The notes: generated by a model from the sequence alone, not told the origin. 63,946 nt of DNA, filler included, from Octopus bimaculoides (GCF_001194135.2; 7 parts of 7 records of this genome joined end to end with filler, not necessarily neighbours in it); one strand, 5' to 3'; shown: positions 51,781 through 63,347, numbered from the whole stretch's first letter. Made by a program: numbers and translations.

Positions 51781-52126
51781 CATTAGATGAACTTTCGCTT
51801 CAAGTTTCACATTTATGCGGTAGCAGACAGTTTAACAGTAACGAAAAAGCTCAAGTTTTTAGTCATCTTTCGTTTGCTTTTCTTATCCTTTCTATAGTTA
51901 TGCATTTTTTTGCACTACAAATTTTATTCGCCCTTCAGATTGTTATTACCAGTGCTTGCTTCAGGTGTGACTCAAGGATGGGGACTTTCACACCAAGGTA
52001 TGCAACTGTACAGTCTTTGATGAGTTTATCTAATATATATAGTTTTCCATCCATGGCTACATACACACACCTGCTCATACGCACACTTGCTCATACACAC
52101 ACCTGCTCATACACACACCTGCTCAT

Positions 52127-52157
<31 letters not shown>

Positions 52158-52369
52158 AGGTTTCCTTTTAGTGTTTGACCGTTACTTTAAAATGGTACAG
52201 TACACACAACCCGAAAACCATGCTCTACCCTGTGCGTATTCCTTATTCAAACTCCCATCTCTAAGTACAAAAACAGCAAAAACAGTCCCTTATTCCGCTC
52301 ATTAAGCTCCCAGTTTTCAAGCGAAAATTTACTGGTATGTAGAGTTTCTTTCTGTATTATTTCTTACCC

Positions 52370-53420
52370 GTCCTGTGATACTTAAAAATGGCTAACATTG
52401 TTTCCTGCAATTTGGAAACAAAGGTCCAGAGATTAGCTTGAAAAAGGAGAATATGTGTTTCCCTTCCTTGAAGCTTTAAATTTAGTTTATTCAGCTGGTC
52501 GAAAATGTCAAGGTACGCAACCCTTTTATTCCATGCTTCATCTTCGAAGTGAGCTACAAGATCTTTCTTTTCTTGAACCTCCAGGAATAGCTTTATTTCA
52601 TCTTTCATCTTTCATCTGGAAGACACGATTAACAACATGCCCTTTCTATAACCAACATACTTCTACGTAGAAAAGAAGGACTTCGTGGTCAGTATTCATG
52701 TCTTTACGTAGTTCTTTGAATAGCCGCGTATTGAGTGCTGCAGCTTTCACATAATTTACAATTTTGATTACAGAATCAAGCACTTCCTGCAAAGAGGCAT
52801 GGAGAGTCTTACTGACGAGAACATATCGGTGGATCATGCAGTGGATACCTTTGACTTGATGTACTAGCTTCTTCATTCTCGACAAGACTTCTGACTTCGA
52901 TCCCAGCGTAGCCAGTACTCCATCCGTACAAAACCCACACGTTTTCCCGTTGAAGGCCTTCCTCATGGAAAAAATTTTAAACTTTTACCATGACATCATC
53001 AGATTTTGTAGTGGTTTCAAGTGCACTGCAGAACAAGAATTCGTCTTTAATGTCACCTGAATGATTGTATCTCACGAAGACAAGCGACTGAGAACATGAA
53101 CTTACATCTGTTGACTCGTCGAGCTCAAAGGAGAACAGAGACGCCTTGATTTTGGTCAGAACCTACTCCTTCACATCCATAGACATTTTAGAAATGCGCC
53201 TCTTTATAGTAATATTTGACGGGACTACTTGCTGCATCTTCTTTTCACTGGCTTCTCCAAGAATAAGATTTACTGCTTTCAATATGCATGGTTTTAGAAG
53301 AATTTTTCCAATCGTGTGACACTTTTTTTCTTTAGCAATTTCCAATGCAATTTCATATGAGGCTTCCACTAAGGCTGGTGAATACGGACTTGTCTTTCCA
53401 GGGGCAAAGTTAAAAGTTCT
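52370..53420 (-). mobile_element. hAT Buster/Charlie-type transposase relic
   Basis: EASYEIALEIAKEKKCHTIG, FELDESTDVSSCSQRLVFVRY, CTDG, HCMIHR, LFYVEVCWL, AYL-DIFDQLNKLNLKLQG; stops and frameshifts. Confidence 0.92.
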
Positions 53421-54473
53421 CCCAAACGACTTGGTTAATGAATTATTCTTTTATTATTTCGTAATCCTTCAGCGTAGCACAAAATATAGATTTGCGATTC
53501 TTAAATTATTTGCTAGGGGCTATTTACAATATTGACCATGTATAGTTCTGACAACTACATCATTTCAAAGTTCACCTAGTGACAGTGTTGACTGATATTT
53601 GTTCATGTTGCCGTCCAATTCTTCAACATCAGTCATGAAGACAAAAATGTTAAGATGATACTATAAGATATAAGTTTAGCAGTTGTTATGTATTCCAAAG
53701 TCAATATCAATAAACAAAAGAAAGTGGGGTATGATGTGAGGGATATTCGGTTGTTATTTGTAGCTATATGAATAACACAGCCAAAAAGTGGATTGAAGAA
53801 GGGCATTGTTGGGATGAAGAACAGATCTGGTAGGTTGCAGAAAGCTCCTGAGAAGGCAAAGAATGCAGCTAAGAAAAAAAAGCATGAAACATGAATGTGT
53901 AACTGAAAGCGAGGTTCTAACTTCTATGGATATTTTGCCACATTGTGTAAGAACAGCACTGAAAATCCTTGGATATGAGCAAAGAGTTGCAAGAAATAAG
54001 CCAATGATTTTAAAATCCAATACGACCAAAAGTTTCAGCTGAACTAAAATGTTCTGTAACAAAGAAAACAAATGTTACTTATCTATAATATGGTCTAATA
54101 ACAGCAATTCCTGCCAGTTTTTGCAATTCTATGCAGATATATATTGTGGTTCGTCTTTCGGTGGTGGAATGGATCAGATATAATTATAATTTTTAACATA
54201 ACCACAAAACTGCAACCTTATGATGAAGAAATAGTTGATTAAAATCTACTTCAGTATTTAATTAGTGCTTATTTTACCAATCTGAATATGCTTGAACACT
54301 GAACGGAAATATACATAACTGAATACAGCTAGACATTTTGTTTACTGTTTCATTAATTGTGCCATTAGCAGCTGTTGTATATATATTCATATTAACAGCA
54401 ACAGTAAAATGGTAGTGATGATATTACTACTACTATCACAGTACGATACCGAAATGACTGTCACATTCATTGA

Positions 54474-54481
54474 TGACGTCA
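54474..54481. promoter_or_regulatory. Palindromic CRE (TGACGTCA) ~90 bp upstream of ATG 54571
   Basis: ATGACGTCAT at 54473-54482; motif only. Confidence 0.25.
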
Positions 54482-54570
54482 TAGTTGAAAGTGAATCATT
54501 ATTGAATAATTTAGTTTTATTTCTCTGCATTGAGAATCAATTTGAATTGACCAGCACGAATACCACAGAA

Positions 54571-56588
54571 ATGGCTGACCGTTCACAATATCCAGACGAA
54601 TTAGAGCTTGCTAGATCACGTCAGCTACACAGTCCACAATATGCATCAGAATATCACTTCAATGTAAGACCATCACACCTACATCGAAATTTACTAGAAC
54701 CTGACAATGCAGATCAAGCACAGGGATCATCATATGCATCAGCACGTCGTTCCATGTCTCCGTATTTGTCACGACATTCTCTACCACGCTGGAGCAGATC
54801 AATGCCATCATTTCGAGATGATTTATATCGCACTTATCCATTGAGTCTTGCAACTCGTACAGAACAGGCACCCATATTTCTACATAATTTAACCTATCAA
54901 GGGTACCCTACTGCCTACACAACACCATCACCGCATGGACCGCAACGTCTATCTGAACAACAAGTATCTCCTCTCGTAACATGGGACCCTGATACTTCGA
55001 GACGGAGTCGTGATATTTCAAGGTATGAGCCAAGCACGCCATCAGAATATAGGGCGAGAAGTTTTCATAGATTCAGTACATCACCGATAGAAGAAACAGA
55101 ATACCGTCATGCTCTCTTGGATAGCTTTAGGCATAGCACACCACAACGACAGAGAACATCAAGTTTTCGTATCAGAAGTCCATTAACATTTCGTCATCAT
55201 CGTAGTTCGAGTTCTGAACAAAGCCCATCGTCCCGATATTCGTTACCAAGACCACTTCGAAGCAGGTCAGAGGAATATAGGGTACGTGACTTTCAAACAA
55301 CAGATACAATTTCTGATCTTGGAGAATTTGTAAATCTAGTATCTCCTGACACTTCGAGAAGGACTCGTGATGCTGACGACTATTTAGCAGCATTCGGAGA
55401 AGAGGCACATAATCTAGATTCGTCAAGTGGGTCATGTTTTTCAGATTTTATCGGTGAAGTTGAACCTCTGTCAGCGAATGAAATAAGGTCTCATCCTTTA
55501 AACAGACTGTGGGATAGAGCATTTTATCGGCGATATCCTCGAAGCCAGAGAGTTGCGGCAATTAGACATGAAATGCCAAACATTGAACAGTGTGTATTCG
55601 AACAACAAATACCTCTTGACGCAACGCGGGATTCTGACACAACGCGGGATCCTGACACAACGCGGGACACTGATGTAATGCGGGACCCTGACACTTCCAG
55701 ACGAGACCTTGCCATTTCCAGACGAGACCCTGACACTTCCAGAGGAGACCCTGACACTTCCAGAGGAGACCCTGACACTTCCAGAGGAGACTCTGACACT
55801 TCCAGAGGAGACCCTGACACATCCAGACGAACTCGTGATTCTGAAGAATCTTTGGCAGCATTTGGAGAAGATGCACGTAGTCCAGATTCGTCAAGTGGTA
55901 CATGTTTTTCAGATTATATCGGTATAACAGAACCTCTGTCCGCGGAGGAAATAAGGTCTCACCCCTTAAACAGAGTATGGGNNNNNNNNNNNNNNNNNNN
56001 NNNNNNNNNNNNNNNNNNNNNNNNNNNNNNNNNNNNNNNNNNNNNNNNNNNNNNNNNNNNNNNNNNNGATCCTGAAACAACGCGGGACACTGATGCAACG
56101 CGGGACCCTGACACTTCCAGAGGAGACCCTGACACTTCCAGAGGAGACCCCGACACTTCCAGAGGAGACCCTGACACTTCCAGAGGAGACTCTGACACTT
56201 CCAGAGGAGACCCTGACACTTCCAGACGAACTCGTGATTCTGAAGAATCTTTGGCAGCATTTGGAGAAGATGCACGTAGTCCAGATTCGTCAAGTGGTAC
56301 ATGTTTTTCAGATTATATCGGTATAACAGAACCTCTGTCCGCGGAGGAAATAAGGTCTCACCCCTTAAACAGAGTATGGGATAGAACATTTTATCGGCGA
56401 TATCCTCGAAGCCAGAGAGTTGCGGTAATTAGACATGAAATGCCAAACGTTGAACAATGTGTATTTGAACAACAAATATCTCCTGACGCAACGCGGGATT
56501 CTGACACAACGCGGGATCCTGAAACAACGCGGGACACTGATGCAACGCGGGACCCTGACACTTCCAGAGGAGACCCTGACACTTCCAG
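54571..56588 (+). CDS. Uncharacterised lysine-free R/S/D/T/P-rich protein with nested tandem repeats; C-terminus missing
   Basis: Stop-free frame from 54409 to the scaffold end (one 86-N gap); GAAATGG context at 54571; three ~75-aa modules separated by TRDPDT/RGDPDTS repeats; no Lys. Confidence 0.75.
55346..56588 (+). repeat. Higher-order coding tandem repeat (~450-bp units containing 18- and 21-bp subrepeats)
   Basis: CCCTGACACTTCCAGAGGAGA (21 nt) and ACGCGGGATCCTGACACA (18 nt) subunits; 55822-55981 identical to 56221-56380. Confidence 0.95.
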
Positions 56589-56688
56589 NNNNNNNNNNNN
56601 NNNNNNNNNNNNNNNNNNNNNNNNNNNNNNNNTTAATTAATTAANNNNNNNNNNNNNNNNNNNNNNNNNNNNNNNNNNNNNNNNNNNN
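56589..56688. other. Artificial scaffold linker
   Basis: 44 N + TTAATTAATTAA + 44 N. Confidence 0.95.
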
Positions 56689-56710
56689 ATAGAAATTATT
56701 ATTATTATTG

Positions 56711-57021
56711 TTCAGTAGTTTTATTTTTATAACGTGCTTTCACTTCACTACCGAGCGCAGCTCTGTGCGCCTTGGGTATGTGCTGCGTTTTGCTGTGGTG
56801 CTCTTATGTTTACTGTATTGAAAGTGTTTTGCGTAGAATGTGTGCAGTACCCAGTAGTGCAATTTTCTGTATGTTATATATATTTGTAAGTCCTGGTGTT
56901 TTTGTTATGTATTTGCCTGAATATTTTTTTCTTATACCTAAGGCACCTACTATGATAGGAATTGTTTCTGTTTTTAGATTCCACATTCGAGTTACCTCTA
57001 TTTCCAGGTCTTTGTATTTTG
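56711..57021 (-). mobile_element. 5'-truncated R4/Dong-clade 3' end inside (AAT)n
   Basis: SKYKDLEIEVTRMWNLKTETIPIIVGALG...IQKIALLGTAHILRKTLSIQ*; (ATT)n at 57022-57090 and ~56696-56710. Confidence 0.85.
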
Positions 57022-57090
<69 letters not shown>

Positions 57091-57863
57091 GCAATAATAG
57101 TATTTACGTAAAAAAAAACAAAATAATAACCACAGCAACAGCAACACCAGCAGCAGCAGCAATAGCACCATTGGACAGCAACGGTAATGTATAACAACAT
57201 TAATCTTGTTATCATTGTGGCTGTCGCATTGCTTAGTTTCCAACGTTTTATCTTCCAGCTAAAACCACTAGTTAGTTAGTTAGTTCTCAGGGATTCGTAC
57301 TAATTTCCTATCGAAAGCGGAAAGGGAAGAAAGAAGAGGAAGTAGAGTAGAGAGAGAAGGAGAGAGAGAGAAAGAGGAGAGGATGAAGAAGATGAAGAAG
57401 ACAGAGATGGCGAAATATGAACTGAAAGAAAGGAGAACAGATTGGTGAAAAAAAAAAAAAAGAGACGTATAGCGTAATATTGAATAAAAGAGCAGTCAGT
57501 AGAGTTCTTGGAGTTCTTTGTGAAATGGAATTGGTGCGAAATAGCAGTCTCACAGCACGCCAGATGTCATACGTATTCTTATCAACACCTGGCGTCTTAT
57601 CGGTTTTACGCAAAGAGACAGACAGAAACGCACTCACTCACGCACGCTCGCACAACCGCGTGCACTTACACACACACGCGAGCATGCACACACTAACGCA
57701 CTTGTACAGGCCTGTGTATAACTTTATGAATATAAATGTATATACATATACATATAAATATATAAATACACACACACACACATAGCTATGTGCATATGTG
57801 TATGTTTGTGTGTGTGTGTGAGAGCCTGTATGCGTGTGCGAATATGTATATATATATATAAGC

Positions 57864-57923
<60 letters not shown>

Positions 57924-57933
57924 NNNNNNNNNN

Positions 57934-57997
<64 letters not shown>

Positions 57998-58830
57998 ATA
58001 CATGTACATGTATGTTTGTGTGTATGCATGTATGTATATAAGTATGTATGCATGCAGGTATATATGTATCTGCGGGATGACCGTGTTTGTATGTGTATGT
58101 GTGTATGTGTATATGCAGTGACCGTGCGGGTGTGTATGTGTGTGTTTCTGTCACATAAACACCCTATTATGGACTTAAGTATGCTTATATACATACGTAT
58201 CAAAAGATGTACGTAGATGTACGAACACACACTCACACACACATACACACATGCACACACACGAACACGTGCGCACAAACATGCACACACGCAAGCACAC
58301 ACATCCGCATATATATTTGTATGGGTGTAGGTGAGTGTGCCAATGTAAATAGGTTTATATAGATTCATATATATATATATGTGAGTGTGTGCCTGCGTGT
58401 GTGTGTGTTTGTGTGTGTTTACGTCAGTAATTATATGCGCACATCTTGAAGTATTGAAGAGACACAAAAACATGCATAAATATGTGCAGCGTGCGTATGT
58501 ATTCGTGTGTATGAGTGTGCGGATGCAGGAGTTTGCTTGCATATGCATTCGTGTGTGTATTATGTATTAGATACATGTGTGTGCGTGTGCGCCTGTGTGT
58601 GATCATGTGAGTGCATATGCATGTATTTTTGCAATTATAGCCATACATAACACACGCACGCACATATATATGTGTGTGTGAGAGTACGGTGTATGAGTTT
58701 GTGTGTGTGTTTGTGTGTGTGCGTGTGTGTGTGTGTGCGTGTGCGTGTGGTGTGTGTGTTGCGTGTTATATTTGTAAGCACATACAGATTTACGAACGCA
58801 CTGCACTGATGTTTATCAGCATATGCCATA

Positions 58831-58865
<35 letters not shown>

Positions 58866-59513
58866 GCGAGTGCACATATACACACACGCACTCCCACATA
58901 AACACACGTACACACCCCACATACACATACACATACAGACATACACACACACATACAACATCCACCTTCCCCCATGCACACACACATGCAAGCGTACAAA
59001 GATATTCGCATGGGGTTCCTGACGTAAGCATGCCATGAAATATCAGATAAGAAGAGCAAAGATGGCTGACAATCGTAAAGAGTTGTCTCAACGAGTGTAA
59101 TTGTTTGAATTGTTTTCTCTGTTCGTTTGCTCTTCCAGCCAGGCTTCGGAGAGAAGCAACTACCGTCATGCTTCATGTTTGGTGACGCAAGTCGTATGCT
59201 TTAACTCCACATCATTGTTGCTTGTAATGGTTAAGAGCATGTTTTTTCTTTCTTTTTTTTTTTTTTGTATGTGCGTTTATGTATCTGTGATTGTATGTTA
59301 AGGTATATTATTTATTTTCTTTGGTGGTGTTTGTTTTCCATGGCTCTCTCTCCCTTTCTCTCTCTCGCTCTCCTTCCCCCATCTCTCCCCCATCTCTCCC
59401 CTTCTCTACCTCTCTCCCTCCCCTTCCCCCCTCTCTATCTTATCTTAAAGAGAAAAAATAGGAAAACAAACAAACCGTGTTGTAGATCGAACAAAAATGT
59501 AATAAAAATACTT

Positions 59514-59514
<1 letters not shown>

Positions 59515-59589
<75 letters not shown>

Positions 59590-59602
59590 CAATAACAACA
59601 AC

Positions 59603-59657
<55 letters not shown>
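59515..59657 (+). repeat. (AAT)n microsatellite / tail of adjacent LINE
   Basis: Direct reading. Confidence 0.95.
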
Positions 59658-59659
<2 letters not shown>

Positions 59660-59661
59660 AA

Positions 59662-60472
59662 TAATCTGTTCTTTATTAACCACAAGGGCCGACAAAAGTA
59701 ATATTGGACATTACAAAACATGAAGGACAAAGTGGGGTTACATAATGTGTCGTGTAAAAAGTTAATAACAACGGAAAATATAACAAAGAAAAAGCCTAAA
59801 AGAGGCAAATAACTCTGGGTTACACATGGAGAGACCCCACAAAAATCCACAAGCGCCACGACGACTAGGGCAATAGCTCTCTCCCCTCTTTCTCTCTCTC
59901 TTAGCCTTGGAAACTCAAAAGTGCATGCTCAAAGTAGGCCCTTTGACACAGACCATCTTCGCTACGTTTACCCACCTTTTAACAAAATTACTGGAAGTCA
60001 GCACTTTTCTCTCAACCTTCACTTTCCTTTTCAGATGGTATCTGAAAACGCTGATGAGGGGTAGGCCAAAGAGAAAAGTATTTGTCTTCAGCCCTTTCAG
60101 TCTAGACCTCCACACAGCCTCTTTCGCTACAGCCACGAGACATATGGAAATTGGCTTCCCTTGCTAGCCAAATGGCGGCGGAGCAATCTTCATGATAGAA
60201 TCAGCCGACAAGCGGACACGTCCTACACGTGACGGAAGGTATTCGATATAAACCTATATACCAGATATGCTTGGGCACTGGACGAATGCATGCAGAACAG
60301 TTTCGTCGCTCTGCGCACATCTCGGGCAGGTCTGACTGACGGCACTTCCGTGCTTGTAGAGTTTATCTCGAACAGGCAAATCCACCCTGTAGCACTGCCA
60401 GGCCAGGGATTTCTGGAAGTTATCCATAGGTCCCGGCCTGAAAGTCCTCCGGAACAGACTGGTGAGTTGAAA
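59662..60472 (-). mobile_element. Tx1/L1-type LINE 3' end
   Basis: DNFQKSLAWQCYRVDLPVRDKL...TCPRCAQSDETVLHAFVQC (CCHC), then AKEAVWRSR...F..RW; 3' UTR with AATAAA and (ATT)n. Confidence 0.8.
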
Positions 60473-60572
60473 NNNNNNNNNNNNNNNNNNNNNNNNNNNN
60501 NNNNNNNNNNNNNNNNTTAATTAATTAANNNNNNNNNNNNNNNNNNNNNNNNNNNNNNNNNNNNNNNNNNNN
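60473..60572. other. Artificial scaffold linker
   Basis: 44 N + TTAATTAATTAA + 44 N. Confidence 0.95.
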
Positions 60573-62322
60573 TATATATATATATGTATGTATGTATGTA
60601 TGTATCATTTAATGATATACCATCATGAGTGAGTTGTACGTCAATATGTTAATACATTTAAACGCAGATCATATTCATAATTAATATAAAGAATTCAGGC
60701 CATCTGATATTGATAAATCCATGAAAAGTTCATAAAATGATTTTCCTTCACAAAGAAGATAGAGTCAAATTAATAACATCACGTTTTTGACAGCCATCCT
60801 TACTCCTGAAAGCAGAGAGGATGTTACAGAAGAAGTGTCCTCAAGTTATATGTATGTAAAAGTTGTATTATATATTTAATATATTATGTTTTAAGTTGTT
60901 TAGAAATTTAGCCATCACGAGTGAGACCACGCAAGAACACACATATGGCTGTGATGCATGTGCGTGGTCTACCCTTATCAGACGGGTAGTTATGATCATG
61001 AGTATATTGGGTTTTGTATATTTTACTCCAGTGTCACCTTGGTGGCGTGCACTGCCGCCTCAATCAATAATAATAACAACAACAATAATTCTAGGATGGA
61101 ATAAACAGACTGATGTTCATCCTTTCTTGCCAGTATAAAGGCCAATTTAGCTAGAGTCCTTCTGCGATTCATCCACTGATGCAGTATCGCCTGATTAAAT
61201 GAATCAATGATGATGATGAACCGGATGCCCATGGATAATACGGACTATAGTGTACTAATCTCAAGGATACGGAGTCCGATGTTTAAATCATGTGATTTGT
61301 GGAAACGCGTGTAGCGGTATATTAACTATATATAAATTCCACCCTTGAATTTCATCATTATTATATTTATCCTACAATATATCAGCATTCAGTATCATTA
61401 GACGGTAGCCTTATTTATGCATGAATAAATATATGTTTGGATGCATTCCATTTGGGAGGTTTTTACTCAGATTTTATTTTCCTGAATATAGATGAATATA
61501 TAGTGTCTATTTTATTGGATTGCTAATGCTTAGAGAATGTTTTGTGTTACATTGTTTCGCTGTGATTCTTTACAATATGTGTTGTGTAAAATGTAAATAT
61601 TTTATTGGCCGGTGATTATATAGGGAATGTTTTGCATACATAGAATGGAACTATTTGAACTGTTAATATCTTGCGTACAATGTGGGCCGAGTTTAACTGG
61701 ATTATCTTTTGGACTGAGAATATCGTTGATATGGCTCTTACGATTTTACGTATTTATTTTATTATATCTTGTACTTCAGTTATTATTGATATCGTTTTCA
61801 AATTCATACCTGATTCCTGTTCATTTTAAATTCATGGATCGTGAATATTGACAGTTTCCACATCTCTCACCAGAAATGTTTTTGCAAAAAGTAATTGCAA
61901 TATCAAACTGAGTACAAATATTATTGTTTCATTCTTTGATAAATTTATTCTTGTACGGTTTTCTTTGATATCTTCGTCTGTCATTTCCCCGATTGTGGTC
62001 TGGTGGTTATTAGGTATCGTCTTTGATATTTTATCCTTTCCTATCCGTTCTTGTCTGCAAATGATGATACATGATCCAGTGGACATAGGTTCCTTTCTAG
62101 GAACATAATTGGGCTTGGCAAGGAATGGATCACCAGAAAGAATGTGGTCAACTCTCTCATTATATCTTTATGGTGATGTAGTGGTGGTCATCGTCGTATT
62201 TGTTATCGATTTATGCATAGAACACTTCTCTTTCTTATTCATTTCATCTTTATTGTTTGTAAATTAATGTTAAACGTGAATATGAAATATAGAATATTTT
62301 ACAAAATAAACTTTCGTTGCAG

Positions 62323-62358
62323 TTCTCTTCTACATCTCATTGACATTTGGAAATGGAC
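62323..62358 (+). CDS. 36-bp phase 1-1 exon encoding the end of a signal-peptide-like segment (xLFYISLTFGNG)
   Basis: Acceptor CTTTCGTTGCAG, donor GAC|GTGAGT; joins in frame to the PAN exon. Confidence 0.55.
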
Positions 62359-62921
62359 GTGAGTATATTTATATCAATATATACAGTATGAAAATTATGA
62401 AAATCATTACAGAAAAATTTGATTTATAAGTCCAGTTTAGGAAAATATTTTCTTTCTCAAACTAAATTAGTTGAAAAGAAAATTTATAATTTTTAGTTCA
62501 ATGCGAAACAGCCGTATAATGGTAAATTCCCATCTTAACATAATTTCCATTGGTTATAATTCAGTTTTCGCCAGTTCGTTAGCATTTTGTGAAATTTGAC
62601 TAAGTGCTGACATTGGGACAAACTTTACAACAGACAACCGTTAAACATTATAAAACATAACATATGAATCATTTAAATAATAGAATTAATTAAACAACTT
62701 TAAAAACTTATTCGCAGTCATTTTCATTAAACAGATAATATATCCCAAGATGCTTTGTACCTACACTATGGTAGTAACAACTTTATCACTTCTTCCTGGT
62801 TAAAATATCAATATTGATCGTCAAACATTTAATATTCTATTTCTTTATTATTATCTATTTTCATAATCTTTCACTTTCGTCTTTCTCTTTTGGTTATTTA
62901 ATTTGCCTGGCTTTGTTACAG

Positions 62922-63179
62922 TTGAATATCTGAAGTATTTTTTGAAAGTAGAAAACGCTCTTCTCAAGGACAGTAAAACATTGATGACACTTGACGTGGA
63001 TGCCTTCAACTGTTCAGAGAGGTGTTTTGAAACTTCGGTGTGTAAATCCTTTGTGAGCAGAACGATGAGTCCACGATGCATTTTATACGAAGATGACTCA
63101 ACAGAGAAGATACTAATAAAAGCAACTAATACCCATTTTTATCAGTTGAGAAGATCTGTGCCGACCAAGTTTAGAGACG
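62922..63179 (+). CDS. PAN/apple-domain exon (258 bp, phase 1-1)
   Basis: Acceptor TTTGTTACAG, donor G|GTAAAC; FLKVENALL...CSERCFETSVCKSF......RCILY...FYQ has the C-x3-C-x5-C-x-SF...C-x-L PAN pattern. Confidence 0.8.
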
Positions 63180-63347
63180 GTAAACAAATTTGAATCTACT
63201 GTGTTTATTTCATTCCTTGACTTGTATTCTATGTTTTAGTCGAAAGATAGACAATACTGTCGGTATTTCAAAAGTGTATGCGATTTCTCATGTCAATGTA
63301 GAATGGTGTCTGAAGATAAAAAATTGTTTATAGAGTTTTCGTTCCAG

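Noticed and set aside
28953-54555. Phase-compatible splice from the 28691 exon to an AG at 54554
   Set aside because: Three artificial linkers lie between them; they are on different scaffolds.
55680-56588. CRISPR-like array from 21-bp repeats (also the 51-bp array at 23735)
   Set aside because: Contiguous tandem units with no unique spacers, eukaryotic context, no cas genes.
54409-56640. Reflectin or other known cephalopod structural protein
   Set aside because: No M/F-D-X5 reflectin motifs, not Met/Tyr/Trp-rich, and contains plenty of Ala/Leu/Ile.
58990-59220. Possible small exon (TTCCAG acceptor at ~59137; GTAAGC donor at ~59024)
   Set aside because: Several alternative frames on both strands, none recognisable.
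538-59859. Many ORFs of poly-HT, CV, IY, N, I or L
   Set aside because: They are translations of CA/TG/TA/AAT microsatellites.
61380-62260. Hydrophobic ORFs as a GPCR or chemoreceptor
   Set aside because: No DRY/NPxxY or Cys-loop motifs, frequent stops; hydrophobicity is explained by T-richness.
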